A DNA stretch of 32,000 bases. Source: Pasteurella multocida. GTDB taxonomy: Bacteria; Pseudomonadota; Gammaproteobacteria; Enterobacterales; Pasteurellaceae. The notes beneath the pieces are model-generated. The model ran no database searches and was not told the origin of the DNA. It worked only from the letters and a program-made list of their open reading frames with translations. The position numbers and the translations under genes were made by a program. Shown in pieces: positions 30,222-32,000 of this stretch (its first letter is position 1; the number at the start of each line of letters is the position of its first letter). The stretch is taken from contig NZ_LT906458.1 of assembly GCF_900187275.1 (NCBI RefSeq), forward strand, positions 1,590,001 through 1,622,000. Direction: 5' to 3'.

Positions 30222-30812
30222 ATGCAAAAAGAGTTACTTTCAGCCTATATTGATGGTGAACAAGTCAGCGCTGAATTGACTGAAAAATTATGCCAAGATG
30301 ACGAATTACAGCAATCTTGGGCAAATTTTCATACAATTCGTGCAGTCATGCGTCAAGAAAGCGAAGTATTACTGGGTGCAGATTTTACCGCGAAAATGGA
30401 AGCGCTCATTGAAGCAGAGGAAATGAAAGTCGTCACACCGATGATTTCACAACCGTTGCCAGAAGAAGTAGAACACTTACCATTTATGCAAAAACTCAAA
30501 GGTCTTTTTGCTCCCTTGGCACAAGTCGCTGTGGCGGCAAGCGTTTGCTTAGTTGCGGTGCTCGGCACACAATCTGTGATTACGGCTAAGAATGAAGCGC
30601 AAAACAATGTTGATGCGCCAATTTTACAAACCTTACCGTTTAATAATGTCGTACAGCAAGTAAGTTATAATGCACCGATTAAAGATGTAGTCACACCAGA
30701 GCAATTGGAACAAAAAAATAAACGCATTGGTACAATGTTACAAAACTATGAAGTACAACGTCGTCTTTATGCTGACTCTTTAATCTTAAATCAGCAAAAC
30801 ACACAAAAATAA
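30222..30812 (+). CDS. rseA: Anti-sigma-E factor RseA
   Basis: MQKELLSAYIDGEQVSAELTEKLCQDDELQQSWANFHTIRAVMRQE with a central TM segment. The listed ORF starts at 30099; the homologous start is 30222. Confidence 0.94.
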   Translation: MQKELLSAYIDGEQVSAELTEKLCQDDELQQSWANFHTIRAVMRQESEVLLGADFTAKMEALIEAEEMKVVTPMISQPLPEEVEHLPFMQKLKGLFAPLAQVAVAASVCLVAVLGTQSVITAKNEAQNNVDAPILQTLPFNNVVQQVSYNAPIKDVVTPEQLEQKNKRIGTMLQNYEVQRRLYADSLILNQQNTQK

Positions 30813-30863
30813 TGTTTTTCGTTAATTCACCTTCACCACCTTTATAGGTGGTGAATTTGTTTT

Positions 30864-31829
30864 ATGGTGGCAACTATGTTTAAAGCACTGCAAAAATCTC
30901 TCACCTTTTTCTTGCTCGCGCTCTGCTCATTTAACACATTTGCAGAAGAAAGCCTGTCGGCCAAACAAATTCTACTCAAAATGCCAGAAGCGCGCGAAAA
31001 ACTCAGCTATGAAATTGCTTTTGTAAAAACAACACCCGCCAATATGGATTCTTTACGTTATCGTCATCTTCATATTGATGGTAAATCCTATGCGCAGTTA
31101 GTGACTCTGGACGGTGTCCAACAAGAAATTGTGCTCAGGGATAATTTAGTCAGCTATTTCCAGCCGAATTTCCAACCTTTTACGATTCATAGCGCCCAAA
31201 TCATTGACAGTTTACCGGCACTGATGAATGCCAATTTTGAACGGTTAGAAAAATACTATGATTTTGTCAAAATGGGGCGTAATCGTGTTGCTAACCGCCT
31301 TGTGCAAACAATTCGCATTTTGCCAAAAGATGATTTCCGTTACCAATATGTCGCCTTTATTGATGAAGAAAATCATTTGCTACTACAAAGTGACATTCTC
31401 GATCGCGATGGTAACTTATTAGATCAATTTCGTGTCGTCAATCTGTATATTGGCGATGGCTTACAAGGTTTAGCAGAATATCTCGAAAATATTGTGTTCC
31501 CACCATTACTGATTGATAAAAAAGAAGAGACAACGCCAACATTCCACTGGCAAACCAGCTGGTTACCACAGGGGTTTGTCAAAATAAATCAAGCTGTGGG
31601 ATTAGACGATGAACGCCATATTGAAAGCCAATTATACAGTGACGGGTTATTCTCTTTTACGCTTTATGTGTCTGATCCGATTGCCGAGGTCAATTTAGAT
31701 AATACGTGGAAACAAGGAACTTATACGATTTACAGTGAAATGATCAATGGCAAAGAAATTACCTTTGTTGGTCAATTACCGATTTCCACCGCAAAACGTA
31801 TCGTGCAAGATATTCAGTTCAAAAAGTAA
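30864..31829 (+). CDS. rseB: Sigma-E regulatory protein RseB (MucB/RseB family)
   Basis: Signal peptide, ALPLL/LSAKQILLKMPEAREKLSYEIAFVKTTPANMDSLRYRHLHIDG, C-terminal domain QTSWLPQGFVKIN; located rpoE-rseA-rseB. The true start may be 30876. Confidence 0.94.
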   Translation: MVATMFKALQKSLTFFLLALCSFNTFAEESLSAKQILLKMPEAREKLSYEIAFVKTTPANMDSLRYRHLHIDGKSYAQLVTLDGVQQEIVLRDNLVSYFQPNFQPFTIHSAQIIDSLPALMNANFERLEKYYDFVKMGRNRVANRLVQTIRILPKDDFRYQYVAFIDEENHLLLQSDILDRDGNLLDQFRVVNLYIGDGLQGLAEYLENIVFPPLLIDKKEETTPTFHWQTSWLPQGFVKINQAVGLDDERHIESQLYSDGLFSFTLYVSDPIAEVNLDNTWKQGTYTIYSEMINGKEITFVGQLPISTAKRIVQDIQFKK

Positions 31830-31837
31830 GGCATAAC

Positions 31838-32000
31838 ATGTTAAAAGAAACAGCCATTGTGATTGACTACCAATCCGGCATGGCAAAAGTAAAATGTCAA
31901 TCACAAAGTGCTTGTGGAGCTTGTGCAGCACAAAATGCCTGTGGCGCCTCCGCTCTCTCTGAACTCACTGGAGAAAAGGGAGAGCACATTTTTTGGATTG
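31838..32000 (+). CDS. rseC: Sigma-E positive regulator RseC, partial
   Basis: MLKETAIVIDYQSGMAKVKCQSQSACGACAAQNACGASALSEL..., with the cysteine cluster of RseC/MucC; truncated by the window end. Confidence 0.88.
   Translation, partial: MLKETAIVIDYQSGMAKVKCQSQSACGACAAQNACGASALSELTGEKGEHIFWI

Noticed and set aside
1-32000. CRISPR arrays, toxin-antitoxin, restriction-modification, phage/IS genes, tRNA or rRNA genes
   Set aside because: I looked for repeat-spacer periodicity, transposase or integrase motifs, small paired toxin-antitoxin ORFs and tRNA-like folds. None was evident, and every long ORF is assigned to conserved core functions or lipoproteins.

Overview
This 32 kb window is a Pasteurellaceae-type chromosomal segment. 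It has dense Haemophilus-type uptake signal cores (AAGTGCGGT/ACCGCACTT) and housekeeping genes only. I see no mobile element, CRISPR array, tRNA or rRNA. Order: hemD(partial)-hemC | cyaA-narP | tamA-tamB-ppx | glmU | small lipoprotein | rsmJ-trmA-maoP-dsbA-yihD | mobA | small lipoprotein | fruB-fruK-'fruA' | torE-torC-torA-torD (minus strand) | BCCT transporter | sdhE | rpoE-rseA-rseB-rseC(partial). The most unusual feature is the fruA-position gene. It encodes a 388-aa protein with a degenerate IIB' domain and two tandem IIB domains, each with its own CPTG active-site cysteine. It then stops after one transmembrane segment resembling the first helix of the IIC permease, so the rest of the permease is missing. 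I also found an unlisted 52-aa NapE/TorE-family ORF at the head of the TMAO reductase operon, preceded by a well-placed FNR-like box and -10. Other regulatory signals are a sigma-E autoregulatory promoter before rpoE and a terminator hairpin built from two degenerate inverted uptake-signal cores. I do not see strong evidence for a wholly new defence or mobile system here.
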